DNA of 64,000 bases from Amoebidium appalachense (taxonomy: Eukaryota; Protista; Ichthyosporea), in assembly GCA_963693365.1 (NCBI GenBank), contig CAVNZM010000009.1, positions 2,358,231-2,422,230 of the forward strand, read 5' to 3'. The translations under genes were made by a program, and so were the position numbers. This document shows, one piece after another, positions 1-36,151 of the stretch. The notes under the pieces are model-generated. The model was not told the origin of the DNA, did not search any database, and saw only the letters and a list, made by a program, of their open reading frames with translations. Numbering within the stretch: the first letter of the stretch is position 1; each line of letters opens with the position of its first letter.

Positions 1-193
1 CGATCACTTGCCTACATCTAGTCTGCATTCTTCTGTTCTGCATTTCTGATTCGTTCCCCCCTCCCCCCCCCCTTCTATTATGCATACTCCTTGTGTGTGC
101 TTGGCGCTCTGTATTGTATTGTCGGTTATGAACATGTACTGCGTCTTCAATAACACATTCTAACCCCCCCCCCCCCCCCCCCCTCCCCCATAG

Positions 194-1218
194 TGGGCAC
201 CAAACGTCAGTATGTGATTGATGGACTTGAGCCTGAGCACACCTACACAGTCAAGATGTGTGCTGCATCTACCCTAGGCCCTAGCCCCTACAGGTGGGTC
301 AAATGTGTGGGGCTACAGAATGGACACCCGCAACCGGTAAATATTTATGAATATATTTATGACTACATGTACACATATATGGATATCTAATATTTATGAA
401 TATGCTATGCATAAATGAATGTATATATAGATCTATATATGTATATGAATATTTATAAGTGTATGCCACTTGTGGGTGACCCCTACGGGGACAGTGCACA
501 TGCATGGAATCACGAGTGATACAGGACCATACTGTCACTGGTATCTGGGGGAAAACTTGTTTGCACGACCATGTGGCATTTAACAGAAGGTTGTGAACAT
601 GCAGATACTCGCACGTGCACGTGCAAATTCACACATGCTCACTCACTCAGTATCGCACAATACGACCCACACGCACACATCTACGCAACCACTCACCCAG
701 GCACGGACCCACACTCAATTTCTCCCTCTCTTGCTCTCCCGCACTCACCCTCTCTCTCGTACTCTATCACACGATCACGTGTGCGCGTGTGTGTGCGAAC
801 GCGCGTGCACACACACACACAGAAGAACACACACACGTACACACACACACACACACACACGCACACACACACACACACAGCTCACCCGTGAGTGTAAGCA
901 CCAAGGGATATCCGCCTCCAGCCCCCATCGTGGAGGTTTCCCATGTGAGCCACGACACAATCACACTACAGTGGTCTATGCCGGGCCAAAACAATGACAC
1001 AGTCGGTAAGTGAGCCGTTTATTTTTATTTTTATTTTTATTTTTATTTTTATTTTTTTGGGGGGGGGGGGGGTTTGTCGCTCTGTGTGTATCTTTTTTAT
1101 CTGTTCGGGAAGAGACGAGAGGAGGAGTTCTGTTTAGTGGAGGTGCGAGACGAGAATTGATTGAGGGAGGAATGAAGACTGGTCTGGTAGTAGAGAAAAG
1201 GGGGGGGGGGGGGGAGGA

Positions 1219-1250
<32 letters not shown>

Positions 1251-1536
1251 ATCAAAGAGGGTGGGGAGGTGTGAGCGTGGGTGTTTGGGTGGTTTTTTTT
1301 TTGTTTTTGTTTTTTGGGGGGGAGGGGGGGGGGGGGGGGGGGGGGGGGGGAGGGCGATGGGGAGGGTGATGAAAGTTAAACTGATTTTGGCGCAAACTGG
1401 CAGGTGGAGCCAAGGAACCTGGGTTGGTGTATGAGGTGGAATTTAAGCCAGAGACAGCCGGTGACTACAAGAGCGCATATGTGGGTCTGGATACCACGTG
1501 CACGGTAAGGAAAAGAACGGGAAAGGTGGTGGTGGT

Positions 1537-1580
<44 letters not shown>

Positions 1581-2145
1581 GGGGGGGGGGGGAGAAAGGT
1601 GGATATCAAAAATGTTTGGCACGTTGATAGTATTGGGTGGGGTGGTAAGTGGGGTACGGCCCCGTGAGGGAGGGGGGGGGGGGGGAAGAGGGGGGACCGG
1701 AGAAGAAGTGGGAGGGGGGAGTGGAGGGGGGGGGAGGGGGGGGGGAGGGAGGAGGGGGAGTGTAGGGGGGAGAGATGGGGGATGTGAAGAGGCGTGCTTG
1801 GCTTTCTTTCGAGTCTCGAACTCTGATGTAATTGATCTTCCATCCCCTCTCCCCCCCCCCCCTTTATCTCGACTTGGTTTTTTAAATCATTTCCACCCCC
1901 CAATTCCTGTGCCTGTGTGCCTCTGCCATCCCCTATTCACACTTTACATTGACTTTCTTCTTTTTCACACACACGTGTAGACACACACGAAACTATACAC
2001 ATGTACTCAAGCACGCAAGCGCACACGCGCGCACACACACACTCTCACACATCCGCCCTCCCCCCCCCCCCCCCCCCCCCCCTCCCCCTCCCCCTTCCTC
2101 CCCTCAACTAACACACACATCTCCCCCCCTTACAACCCTCCTCCC

Positions 2146-2224
<79 letters not shown>

Positions 2225-3121
2225 ATCGAGCGTCTTCAAGTGCTCACCCGCTACTCTGTTCGCGTACGTGCAAGTAACATCTCCGGCCCGGGCCCCTTCA
2301 CCCCCCCCCCACCTCATCAGCACCACTCTGCCTGTGCCCACCCCCCGCCCTCCTTCAGTTGACCCACACCACTGCTCGCCTGGCATGGCACCCAGTACAC
2401 AGACTTATGCCTATCGGTATGCTTCATGCCCCCCGTCCCCCCCCCCCCCCCCCCCCCCCCCCGGCACCCGCCCCGCCCGCCCCCCTTCCCCCCTCCCCCC
2501 CTTCCTTTTTTTTTATCATTATGATGGTATGCCCCATCCTCTCCCCCATTTTCCCTAGTAAAGTTTCTCTCTCAAGTCAAGCCTCCCGAGAGAAACAAGG
2601 GGTCCTGGTTGGTGCAGAGTGGGGGGAAAGGGGGGGATTGGGGAAGCAAGAAAAAAAAACACCAAAAGCTATCTGTATGTATCACCGGTCTTTGCATGTA
2701 TTGCCGGTAAGACCCACCACCCTCTCATTCCTCCCCCCCCCCCCCCCCCCCCCCCCCACAGACACACACACACACACACTCTCTCTCTCTCTCTCTCTCT
2801 CTCCTCCCCCCCCCCCCCCCTCTCTCCCCCTCCCCCCCCCCCCCCCCCCTTCCCCCCACTCCCCCCTCATTCTCCATAACCCTTTTTGGCCCCGACATAG
2901 CGCCTGAGTAGTCGTCATATGTGTATGGATAAGGGGTTCCTGCATGCGGGTGGGTGCTGTCTGGGCTGGAGAGGAGGGAAATAGCTCTTGTAGGTGACAG
3001 CGGTGAGCGAGAGCAAAGGGGACAAGCCGGGGGTAAGGGGGGGGAGGGGAGGAAGAGGGGGGAGGAGCGGGAGGGCGGAGGGGGGGGGGGGGGGGGGAGG
3101 GGAGGGGGAGGGGGGAGAGAT

Positions 3122-3152
<31 letters not shown>

Positions 3153-3691
3153 TTATTATGTGCATGGTGAGAAATGCACTAACTGGAAACTGGTGATACC
3201 ATGCAGTCAGGGGAGCCGATCTCGTTCTTGGGGCTGTGAGAGAGGCATCTAGCAAGGGGCCCATCAGCACTGATTGGTTGTGTACTCTCGTAAGACTTGC
3301 TGAGGCTAGGGCACCCAAGTGTGGCCCAGTGCGATATGAGGTGCAGTGGAGGTGTAAAGATACTGGCAAGGAGGGAAGTGAGAATGTGTGTGTGGATACA
3401 GAGTTTGTAATTAAGGTGGGTGGATTGATGCTTCTTTGTTTTCTATTGTGAAACGTGATATTTTACCCAAATACATGTATGTGTCAGGGGTTGCAATTCA
3501 TGTGCTCCCGTTAAAAAGTCAGCATGTTTTTTTGTTTTTTTTTTTGCCTTTTTTGCCTTTTTGCCTTTTTCTTTTTGCCTTTTTCTTTTTCTGGCAATGA
3601 AGGGGGAGGAGGGTGGGAAAAGGGGTAAGGGGGGGGGAGAGCGAGAGCTCTTGTACTTTTGTGAGTGCAAACACGTCATCCCCCTCCCCCC

Positions 3692-3729
<38 letters not shown>

Positions 3730-5176
3730 ACACCCACCCACCCACCCACCCCCACCCCTACCCTCAACCCTCAGTCCCTCTCACACACCGACAGGCATGC
3801 ACACGCAGCACACACACACACACAGGTACGTATGCACGCACACACGCACACATACACATGCACAAATACACACACACTCACTCATTCACATTTGCACAAC
3901 CCAACTTTGCAGCCCACGTGACTCGTCACCACCATGCCAAATTGCCTACCCCCTACACCCACCCTCGCTTTTAAGCACCTGCCCTCCTTGCACACCCCCC
4001 CCCCCCCCCCCCCTCACCCCCCCTCTCTCCCTCCCCTCCCCATCCCCCCCCCACGCACACACACACACACCTGCTGAACCCCAAATGCTCAACCCGAATA
4101 CCCCTCTCCTGGATAGCACAGAATGTTTTTCTATTCATATACACTCTACCCAGGATCTTCAACCCGGAAACCAATACGATTTCCGTGTTCGCACTCTCCA
4201 ACGTCAAGATCCTTCCGCCACACAGACCCCCGACCCAAATTTACCTGCAACCTACAAGCCCGGACCATTTAGCAAGCCAGTCACCTTCACCGCACCGCCC
4301 CTATCATCGGCGCTCCCCCCGGCAAGGACTCTGCCGGCGGAGAACACGAGATCACACATGAGCGGTCCCAAGGTACCAACGACAACCACAACACAGCAAT
4401 TTTCCAGTATTCTCCAACAAAAACCGAAAAGTATACCGAAACCCGAAGTAAAAACGATTGCGGCCCAGCGAACGCAAATCCAAGAGGTTGCAAAACCAAG
4501 CACTAAACCTGTAGAGCGAAGTGCGGCACATACCTCCAAACAGCTAAAGCCGAGCAAGAAAACTGAGCAGAAATCCGTCCAGACTGCACCAAAGGAACCA
4601 CAAAAGACGAATGCTGTCAACGAAGGTCCCACGGAACCAATTCCCGAAACTATTGCACCGGTGGAAAAGGAAATATCGGACTCTACGGACAGTATCGAAG
4701 AGGAAGTAGATGCAGTTGGGTCGGAAACCATAGATTCGGAAGAAACGAAGGGGAAAACGGAGAGAAAGGAGGAAAAAACATCATCGGAAGATGTAACGGA
4801 TGTCCCACCAGAGGAACCAATCGAACGGGGTAATGCAGGGGCAAGCGTACAAATAGCGCCGATTTTTAGCAAAAAGGCAGGAGGGAAGAAGGCAAAGAAA
4901 AACATGAAGCAGTTGCCATATCACATGGTTCGTCAGATGGAGGCGGCGGCAAACGCGGCGGTGACCAATCAGATGAAGGAGAATGATACAAAAAAAGGAA
5001 ACTCTTCACCGGATATGGAAGGTGAAAATAATGAGGATGGGGCGGCGGTGGCGGCGAAGAGCGGATCCGGTCGCGTGGGACGTGTGGTGAAGAGGGTGTT
5101 GGAAAGTGATGTTGTCTTTTATGGCATGTATGCGATGGTGATGTGTGGGGTTGTGATTGCTAGCATCGCTTTGTAG
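194..5176 (+). CDS. 3' portion of a multi-exon fibronectin type III repeat protein with a C-terminal transmembrane anchor (FNDC3-like architecture); 5' end lies outside the window
   Basis: GT-AG exons at about 194-293, 881-1005, 1404-1504, 2225-2416, 3208-3415 and 4154-5176. They encode FN3 motifs (GLEPEHTYTVKMCAAS, TITLQWSMP, RLQVLTRYSVRVRASN, DLQPGNQYDFRVR), then a charged low-complexity linker and a terminal hydrophobic helix (VVFYGMYAMVMCGVVIASIAL*). The 2225 exon has apparent frameshifts in C-runs. Confidence 0.8.
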
Positions 5177-5689
5177 TCGTTATTTGGCGGTTTTAAAATG
5201 AGGAAATATTGGTATGTAGGTACTATAATAATATAGTGATATGTGTAGATCTGGTTTAAAGTTTCACCTTTATTAGATGATTATTAAAGTCTTTGTGGTG
5301 AATGTTCTGGTATCTCGGTATAACTTCAAATAGTTTAGTTATGATTGAATCTCTGGGATTTAATTATAAACCTACGGCGTTGCACGTGTTCTCTGTTTGA
5401 TTTTTCATTTTGTTCTGAATGTATGAGACTGGTATTGCAATTATGGTGTTGACAAAGATTTTTTTCACCGAAATTTAGAGGAATCTTACCGAAAACCGTG
5501 TAGGTAAGCTGTTGATTTGCACAAAACAAGGATACAAGCAGAAATCAACAGAAGATATTGGCATGAGCATCTGTAATAGTAATTAGTTGTGCCTGAAACA
5601 ATTCGCTCAGAGCCGCGTTCCATTATCAATGTTTGTCGAAATGAAATGATAGTCGGACCCCTCCCCCCCTCCCCCCGCCCCCCCTTCTC

Positions 5690-5738
<49 letters not shown>

Positions 5739-5826
5739 ACACGCATGGCCATCCATCACATCCCACCCCATTCCCTAAACCGTTTATTCCTCCCCCCTCC
5801 CCCCCCCCCCCCCCCCCCCCCGCCCC

Positions 5827-5857
<31 letters not shown>

Positions 5858-6201
5858 AAACAAAAAAAAACCCTCAAGTATACATGCATGACTTTGAAAA
5901 CACACACACTGCAGGCACAAACAGAAGAAAGTTAAACGCAGATCTGCAGCTGGAAAACTTGTCTTCCTGTGCCAGGCTTGCCGATCCTGAGTCGCCTCTC
6001 AGCTAGAGCATGCACATGCGACTCCAGCGAACTTGCTAGTAACCAAAAAATATAGGTCATACGGGAATTTGCAGCACTCATACATGAGAGCCATTTCCAC
6101 CCGGTGTGTGATCATGATCAGGTGGCCTCGTCTGTCGCTGCAGCGTTTTGGTTGGGTGGGTGCCACTGGGTGGTTGGGTGGGTGGGTGGGTGGGTGGGTG
6201 T

Positions 6202-6249
<48 letters not shown>

Positions 6250-6459
6250 TGTTCAAAGCATTCTTGAACACCGGTACCCCGAAAGGCCTAATTATGGATA
6301 ACGGAGGTGGTGGTGGTGACGGCCCCCGGCCGGGCTGGAGGGAGGGGAAGTGAGGGGGTGGATAGGGGGGGCCCGGGCCAGGCAGGTTGCCGCCAAAACC
6401 ACAAAAGATCAATTAAAATATTCCTAAAGTAACTATATTTGGTAGATGCCCCGAAATAA

Positions 6460-6505
6460 GCTCCAATCAGTTTGCAGGCTCATTTTGTAGCTTGACCAAT
6501 CAGAT
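6460..6505 (+). promoter_or_regulatory. CCAAT-box cluster upstream of the HECT ligase gene
   Basis: Two CCAATCAG motifs about 30 bp apart, roughly 220-250 bp upstream of the ATG at 6717. The CCAATCA motif recurs at the other gene starts in this window. Confidence 0.5.
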
Positions 6506-6716
6506 ATGATTCGTTGCGTCATCATTGACATCAAAAAGCACGGCCCAGCCGCACAGTCGAGAAAAAACCAAGTCAACACAAGTGCACAACACTCGGAACT
6601 TCTCATAGTTGTATTTTTTCTCGCTTTTTTTTTTTTTGTGTTTCTTGCTTATTTCGAAAAGATCATTTATAGTCGGAGTAAGCGTTGACTGAAGTTTGAG
6701 TGTGGAGGAAGTGAAG

Positions 6717-30605
<23,889 letters not shown>

Positions 30606-31699
30606 GACCCCCCCCCCCCCCCTCGCCCCCAACTTCTCTGGCTCAAAGTTGCGAGATTGAACCCAAAACATGAATTTGAAGTATGAACCACCACTAGTCG
30701 ACTACGAACGTGCTTTCTGTGTATGCTTTATCTACGCACACATTAGCCACATATCATGTTTCCCTTTTTACCTCATGGACGGAATGGCTTCCTGTTGGCG
30801 TGTGGGAAGCTTCATCTCGCAAAAAAATTAGGCATATTAAACAGAAAACGACACAGATGGTGTAGCTAACAAAAAATGTCCGATTGAAAGGCGTGTTACT
30901 CTTTGAAACACAATGGGTAGTGACGAACGGTGTATGCATGTAGCCGGGTGAAGACTTGGTGTGTATAGTAGGGGCTGTGTGTGTGTTTATAGCTAGTTAG
31001 GCCCATCTTTCGGTGTCTTTTTTCCTCCTGTTTCAAGCAATTTGCAGAAATCTTTTTTTTAGTTTCTTTGGTCCTAGCGTGAAATGGGGGCACACATTGC
31101 GAAAACACATTTATACCTCAAGTTAACTTTGTTTCATCGTGGTGGTGTGAAAACGAGAAAAAACGTGGTGGGCTGGTAACACCACATGAATACGAATGTA
31201 TGGCAAATGCAGATGATATGACTTGCTATAGTCGATATCATACTGGATGCATGTGTGGGTAAACAACACCCAAGCTGATGTCTGTTTTCTTGTTGACGAA
31301 ACTCGTGTGTATGTGTGTTTGGGTGAGAGTTGAGTGTGGGTGTGGATGGGTGTAGAAAATGAGGCCGGGAGCCAGGCACTACGGTGTCAACCAATAGCAG
31401 CCCGGTCGGATTTCGTCGGTCCTATATGCGACCAAATACGGATGCAATGTGTCTTACCACCATATAGTGTTTCGGTTCTGATATACATGTACCCGTGCAC
31501 ACAAGACTCTGAGGGCCTGGACAAGTATTTGTACAATGCATGTGGTGCAAGATTTGAAAGCTGGGGACAACAGTGATAAATGTAAAGTCAGGGGAGAGGC
31601 TGAGAGGCAAAATTTTTATCCTTTCAACTAATTTTTTTTATTTATTAGTAACGAATGGTTGCGACCACGATGGTTTTTTTTTTTGTTTTTGTTTTTTTT

Positions 31700-31762
<63 letters not shown>

Positions 31763-32062
31763 ACGTGTGGTGGTGGTGGTGGCGGGGTGGGGTTGGGGGG
31801 GGAGGGGGGGAGGGGGGGGGGTTGGTTCACGAATCAGTGAAGAAGCTGAAGCGTTTTATTTTTATTATTCCGTATTAAAATATTCATGAAGATTTTATAA
31901 TATATTACCACTCATACATACTACGATCGATGTAACGGTATATTCAAACAAGACATTCGCGCTGTGGTATATATGACCACTAAGTACTACATACGTATCA
32001 TTATTATCCAGACCAAACTTCCATTGTGATAATTATGTGCTCCTACCTTAATTAATATGTAC

Positions 32063-32620
32063 TTAGCTGCTAAAGCCCTCATACCAGCCCTTGAAGGTCT
32101 CGGACGACTGCAGTGCGCAGAACTTCCACTGGTCCGCCTGGCATGCTGCAGGGGACGTGTACAGGGTCTGCCCGCACCCACCCGACACACACTTCCACGC
32201 CGACACATCGCCTGTCAGCGCACACGAGAAGTCACACCACATGGGGTTGTTGATGGTGCTGCGGTATGCCCTGAGCGTGAAGCCGGCGGAGTTGCCCACT
32301 GGCCCTGTGACGGGCTCTGCGCCAGGGCTGACCTGCCACCAGTTCTGGAACGACGAGTCTGCGTCGTTGTTCGTGCCGCATGGCTTTCCGGTGACGGTCT
32401 GGCAGTCCAGAGGGGAGGAGAAGAGCTGCACTTTCGAAGAAGAACATTGGACACCGGCACCCTGTGCGTTGGTGAGGTCGCAGCTGTAGCTGGTGTCGTA
32501 GGTGGGGTAGGGGTCCTGCAGGGAGAAGGGCACACTGGTGGAGCGGGTGAAGAGAGATGCACACGTGGCCGTGCTGGCGAGGGCGGCAAGGGTGGCGGAA
32601 GCAAAGACTGTGCGCGCCAT
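32063..32620 (-). CDS. Intronless secreted cysteine-rich protein of unknown family, 185 aa (copy 1)
   Basis: AAAATG start, signal-peptide-like N-terminus (MARTVFASATLAALASTATCA), 10 further Cys, GC-rich codons. TATATAAAC and CCAATCA lie upstream on the minus strand. An intact paralog sits at 33848-34405. Confidence 0.85.
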   Translation of the reverse strand: MARTVFASATLAALASTATCASLFTRSTSVPFSLQDPYPTYDTSYSCDLTNAQGAGVQCSSSKVQLFSSPLDCQTVTGKPCGTNNDADSSFQNWWQVSPGAEPVTGPVGNSAGFTLRAYRSTINNPMWCDFSCALTGDVSAWKCVSGGCGQTLYTSPAACQADQWKFCALQSSETFKGWYEGFSS

Positions 32621-32703
32621 TTTGAACAAGCAGATAGGAGGTAGTCGGAAGACGCAGGTCAGCTTGGGAGATGATGTGTTTACTCATTCCAAAGTTTCCG
32701 CTG

Positions 32704-32790
32704 GTTTATATACCCAGGAGGTTAGCAATGATGGCTTTTGATTGGTAAATGAGCTGCAAACAAACCCCGAAAATAGCCACCAATCAAATA
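32704..32790 (-). promoter_or_regulatory. TATA box plus CCAAT boxes of secreted-protein copy 1
   Basis: GTTTATATA (TATATAAAC on minus) at about 32704-32712, TTTTGATTGGT at about 32736-32746, and CCAATCA at about 32780. Confidence 0.55.
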
Positions 32791-33296
32791 CTTGGGAGGT
32801 TAGAATAAATTCTTTCAAAAAAAAAAGGGGGGTTTCTTGGCGCCAGTTTTTGACCTTCGGAAGACTCGGGACTTTGGAAGGCTAAAAACAGTTTGCACCG
32901 CCTGTTATAGGATATATAATATAAATAATAAGGAGGAGATTCTTATGGCATATAATTCATTCCCATTCTACCTAGCTTCTCCCTACTATCTCTGCAGCTG
33001 ATCCAATCCGATGAGACATCCGCACATTCCTCAATGATTCCAGTTGCATCCGTCTCGAGACGCAATCGCAACTTCACACTGAACAGGGCCTGGGCCATGA
33101 CGCACAGGTGGAGACAATTTTCTACCTGCATGCGCACTGCTGAAGGTTTTTCTGCTATTTACTATGACATGATACTTATATGATGTTCCTAATAAGTCCA
33201 TCGCTGTGACAGTCACAGGCTGGCAGTGGCAGAAGGCTTGGTGCATGGCCACGGCCATCTAGGAGTCTCTAGATAGCCGTGTGCATGGCGTATTGG

Positions 33297-33592
33297 CATC
33301 TGTGTGACGTAGATATACATCGAGTCACCCCAGACACGGAAGCCCCATTTACATCGTGTTGTTGCGACATCGAAATGTGATGGGAATATGAATTCGAACA
33401 CGGATGAAAGTCGGATGGGGGACGGATGGTCACAGCTTTCGTTGACAAGATCTATGTTTTGGACAAGGAAAAGACTGAGGACCTGGCAGGTCCCGGAAGC
33501 CCCATTTACATCGTGATGTTTATTGATCTGGGGGGCATCCGTGTCTGGGGTGACTCGATGTATATCTACGTGACTACGTCACATCTGTGTGA
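33297..33592. mobile_element. MITE-like element in the spacer between the divergent secreted-protein genes
   Basis: Perfect 34-bp inverted repeat (33307-33340 versus 33538-33571), flanking 11-bp direct repeat CATCTGTGTGA (33297 and 33582), and an internal direct repeat CGGAAGCCCCATTTACATCGTG (33337 and 33494). Confidence 0.7.
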
Positions 33593-33599
33593 TAAATTC

Positions 33600-33718
33600 A
33601 ACCAATCAAAAGGCATTTATTTTTCGGAGATTCGCGAATCGGATTCGGGGAACTTTGAAACAAGGAACAGATCCACCAATCACAAATCCTAAATGAAAGA
33701 GCTTTGAGTATATAAACT
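33600..33718 (+). promoter_or_regulatory. CCAAT boxes plus TATA box of secreted-protein copy 2
   Basis: ACCAATCAAAAG at 33601, ACCAATCAC at about 33675, TATATAAAC at about 33709. Confidence 0.55.
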
Positions 33719-33847
33719 TGGCCAGGCCGCAGTACGAGCGAACAACAACTCAGTTACAACTGGCAAAGAACAAACGGAACCTAAGTCGGCACAATTTTAC
33801 AAATCTCCCACGTCCCACATCATAGTACTAACAAAATTAACCAAAAA

Positions 33848-34405
33848 ATGGCCCGCACAGTCTTTTCTTCCGCCGCCCTTGCCGCCCTCGCCAGCAAGGC
33901 CACGTGTGCATCTCTCTCCACCCGCTCCACCAGTGTGCCCTTCTCCCTGCAGGACCCCTACCCCACCTACGACACCAGCTACAGCTGCGACCTCAAAAAC
34001 GCACAGGGTGCCGGTGTCCAATGTTCTTCTTCGAACGTGCAGCTCTTCTCCTCCCCTCTGGACTGCCAGACCGTCACCGGAAAGCCATGCGGCACGAACA
34101 ACGACGCAGACTCGTCGTTCCAGAACTGGTGGCAGGTCAGCCCTGGCGCAGAGCCCGTCACAGGACCAGTGGGCAACTCCCCCGGCTTCACGCTCAGGGC
34201 ATACCGCAGCACCATAAACGACCCCATGTGGTGTGAATTCTCGTGTGCGCTGACAGGCGATGCGTCGGCGTGGAAGTGTGTGTCGGGTGGGTGCGGGCAG
34301 ACCCTGTACACGTCCCCTGCAGCATGCGAGGCGGACCAGTGGAAGTTCTGCGCACTGCAGTCGTCCGAAACCTTCAAGGGCTGGTACGAGGGCTTTAGCA
34401 GCTAG
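33848..34405 (+). CDS. Intronless secreted cysteine-rich protein of unknown family, 185 aa (copy 2)
   Basis: Open ORF differing from copy 1 at 11 of 185 residues, with all cysteines conserved. Confidence 0.85.
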   Translation: MARTVFSSAALAALASKATCASLSTRSTSVPFSLQDPYPTYDTSYSCDLKNAQGAGVQCSSSNVQLFSSPLDCQTVTGKPCGTNNDADSSFQNWWQVSPGAEPVTGPVGNSPGFTLRAYRSTINDPMWCEFSCALTGDASAWKCVSGGCGQTLYTSPAACEADQWKFCALQSSETFKGWYEGFSS

Positions 34406-35109
34406 ACCTTCAAGTTTTACTGCACTTCCGTACGTACAACTTGGAATCACAGTATTGAATGATACAATATAAAATTGCTAGTTATATTACGCATGTCTTC
34501 AAATGTTTATTTTGCAGGCTATCCTACACACTCGTAATCGATGGTTTCACTGGTATTGAATTGAAGCAAATATATATATAAAAAACAACCGAGAACTTAC
34601 AATGTGTCCATGGCCACTTATTATTCGACCACGGGATTCCGAAAAAAACAAGGGGAAGTAAACGCCTGAACTCCCACCTCTTCCCCCTATCCGCCCCCCC
34701 CCTCTCCCCGGCCCCCCCTCTCGTCTTGAGGAATCTAGAAGCGTAGCTAGTGATCAGTAGAGTCCGATTGTTTCATTTATCTAAGTAATTGTAACTCGAC
34801 TATCACGCACCACCTTGCTCAATTAAAACTCTTAAGGCCGAGGGAATTTCTACTTTCAATTAAGTGATCAATGTGGACTATAAATGGCGAAGGCTTTGTG
34901 AAGTCACAACACATCCCTCTACACCCCTACACCTCCCTCCCTCCCCCCCTCCGCCCCCCCTCTCCCCTCCCTCCCCCCCCCCAAAAAAGAAAAAATATAA
35001 AAATAAAAAGGAAGTTACCGGAGAAGTTTTGCATTGCCAGTGGTACAGTAACTCATTTGTTTTGCCCCTTCCTCCCCCCCCCCCCCCCCCTCTCCCCCTT
35101 ACCCACCAT

Positions 35110-35304
<195 letters not shown>

Positions 35305-35598
35305 TGAAACACAAAAAAGCACACAAGTGTACAACCATGGCACGTGTGTGGCCGTCATGGTCCTGGGAGCTAAGAATTCTGGCGAGGCTCGCGCAGAAAT
35401 ATTCTGCGCCTTAACAACTGAACATGCCATGTGTCAAGTAGGTTCTATAGAAAATAGTATTTGTGTACATGCACTGGTGTATTGCTAGCAAATTCTGTAG
35501 CGGATCTTTGCACACGCACACATACTACGCGCGCGCACACACACACACACACACACGCGCACGCACTCATGCCCACACACACGCACGCACACGCACAC

Positions 35599-35669
<71 letters not shown>

Positions 35670-35788
35670 CACACACACACAATGTCACACACACACAATG
35701 TCACACACACACACACACACACATACGCACGCACACAGACAAAGCACATATACGCGCACATGTGCGTGTGTGTGTGTGCATGTGTGAC

Positions 35789-35872
<84 letters not shown>

Positions 35873-36120
35873 CGTTCGGGTGTGTATATGTGCTTGTGCG
35901 TGTTTGTGTGTGTCGCACTGAGCTAGCGCATCTTCATTGTGCCAAAATGGAGAAGCAGCTACCCAAAGATTTCTTGGATGCAACGCTCCCCCGCCCTTCG
36001 AACGTGAGGCTCCCAAACCCCCCTGGCCCCCCTTCCCCCCCCCCCCCCCCCCCCCCCCTCCCCCCCCCCCCCCCTCCATTTGAAACTACAACAACAACAA
36101 CAACAAAACAAAACAAAAAG

Positions 36121-36151
<31 letters not shown>

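Noticed and set aside
32057-32644. 195-aa and 217-aa ORFs antisense to the twin genes
   Set aside because: Start and stop positions differ between copies, whereas the sense ORF boundaries coincide exactly with the homology.
33213-33692. Two ORFs sharing RVWGDSMYIYVT
   Set aside because: Explained by the 34-bp DNA inverted repeat.
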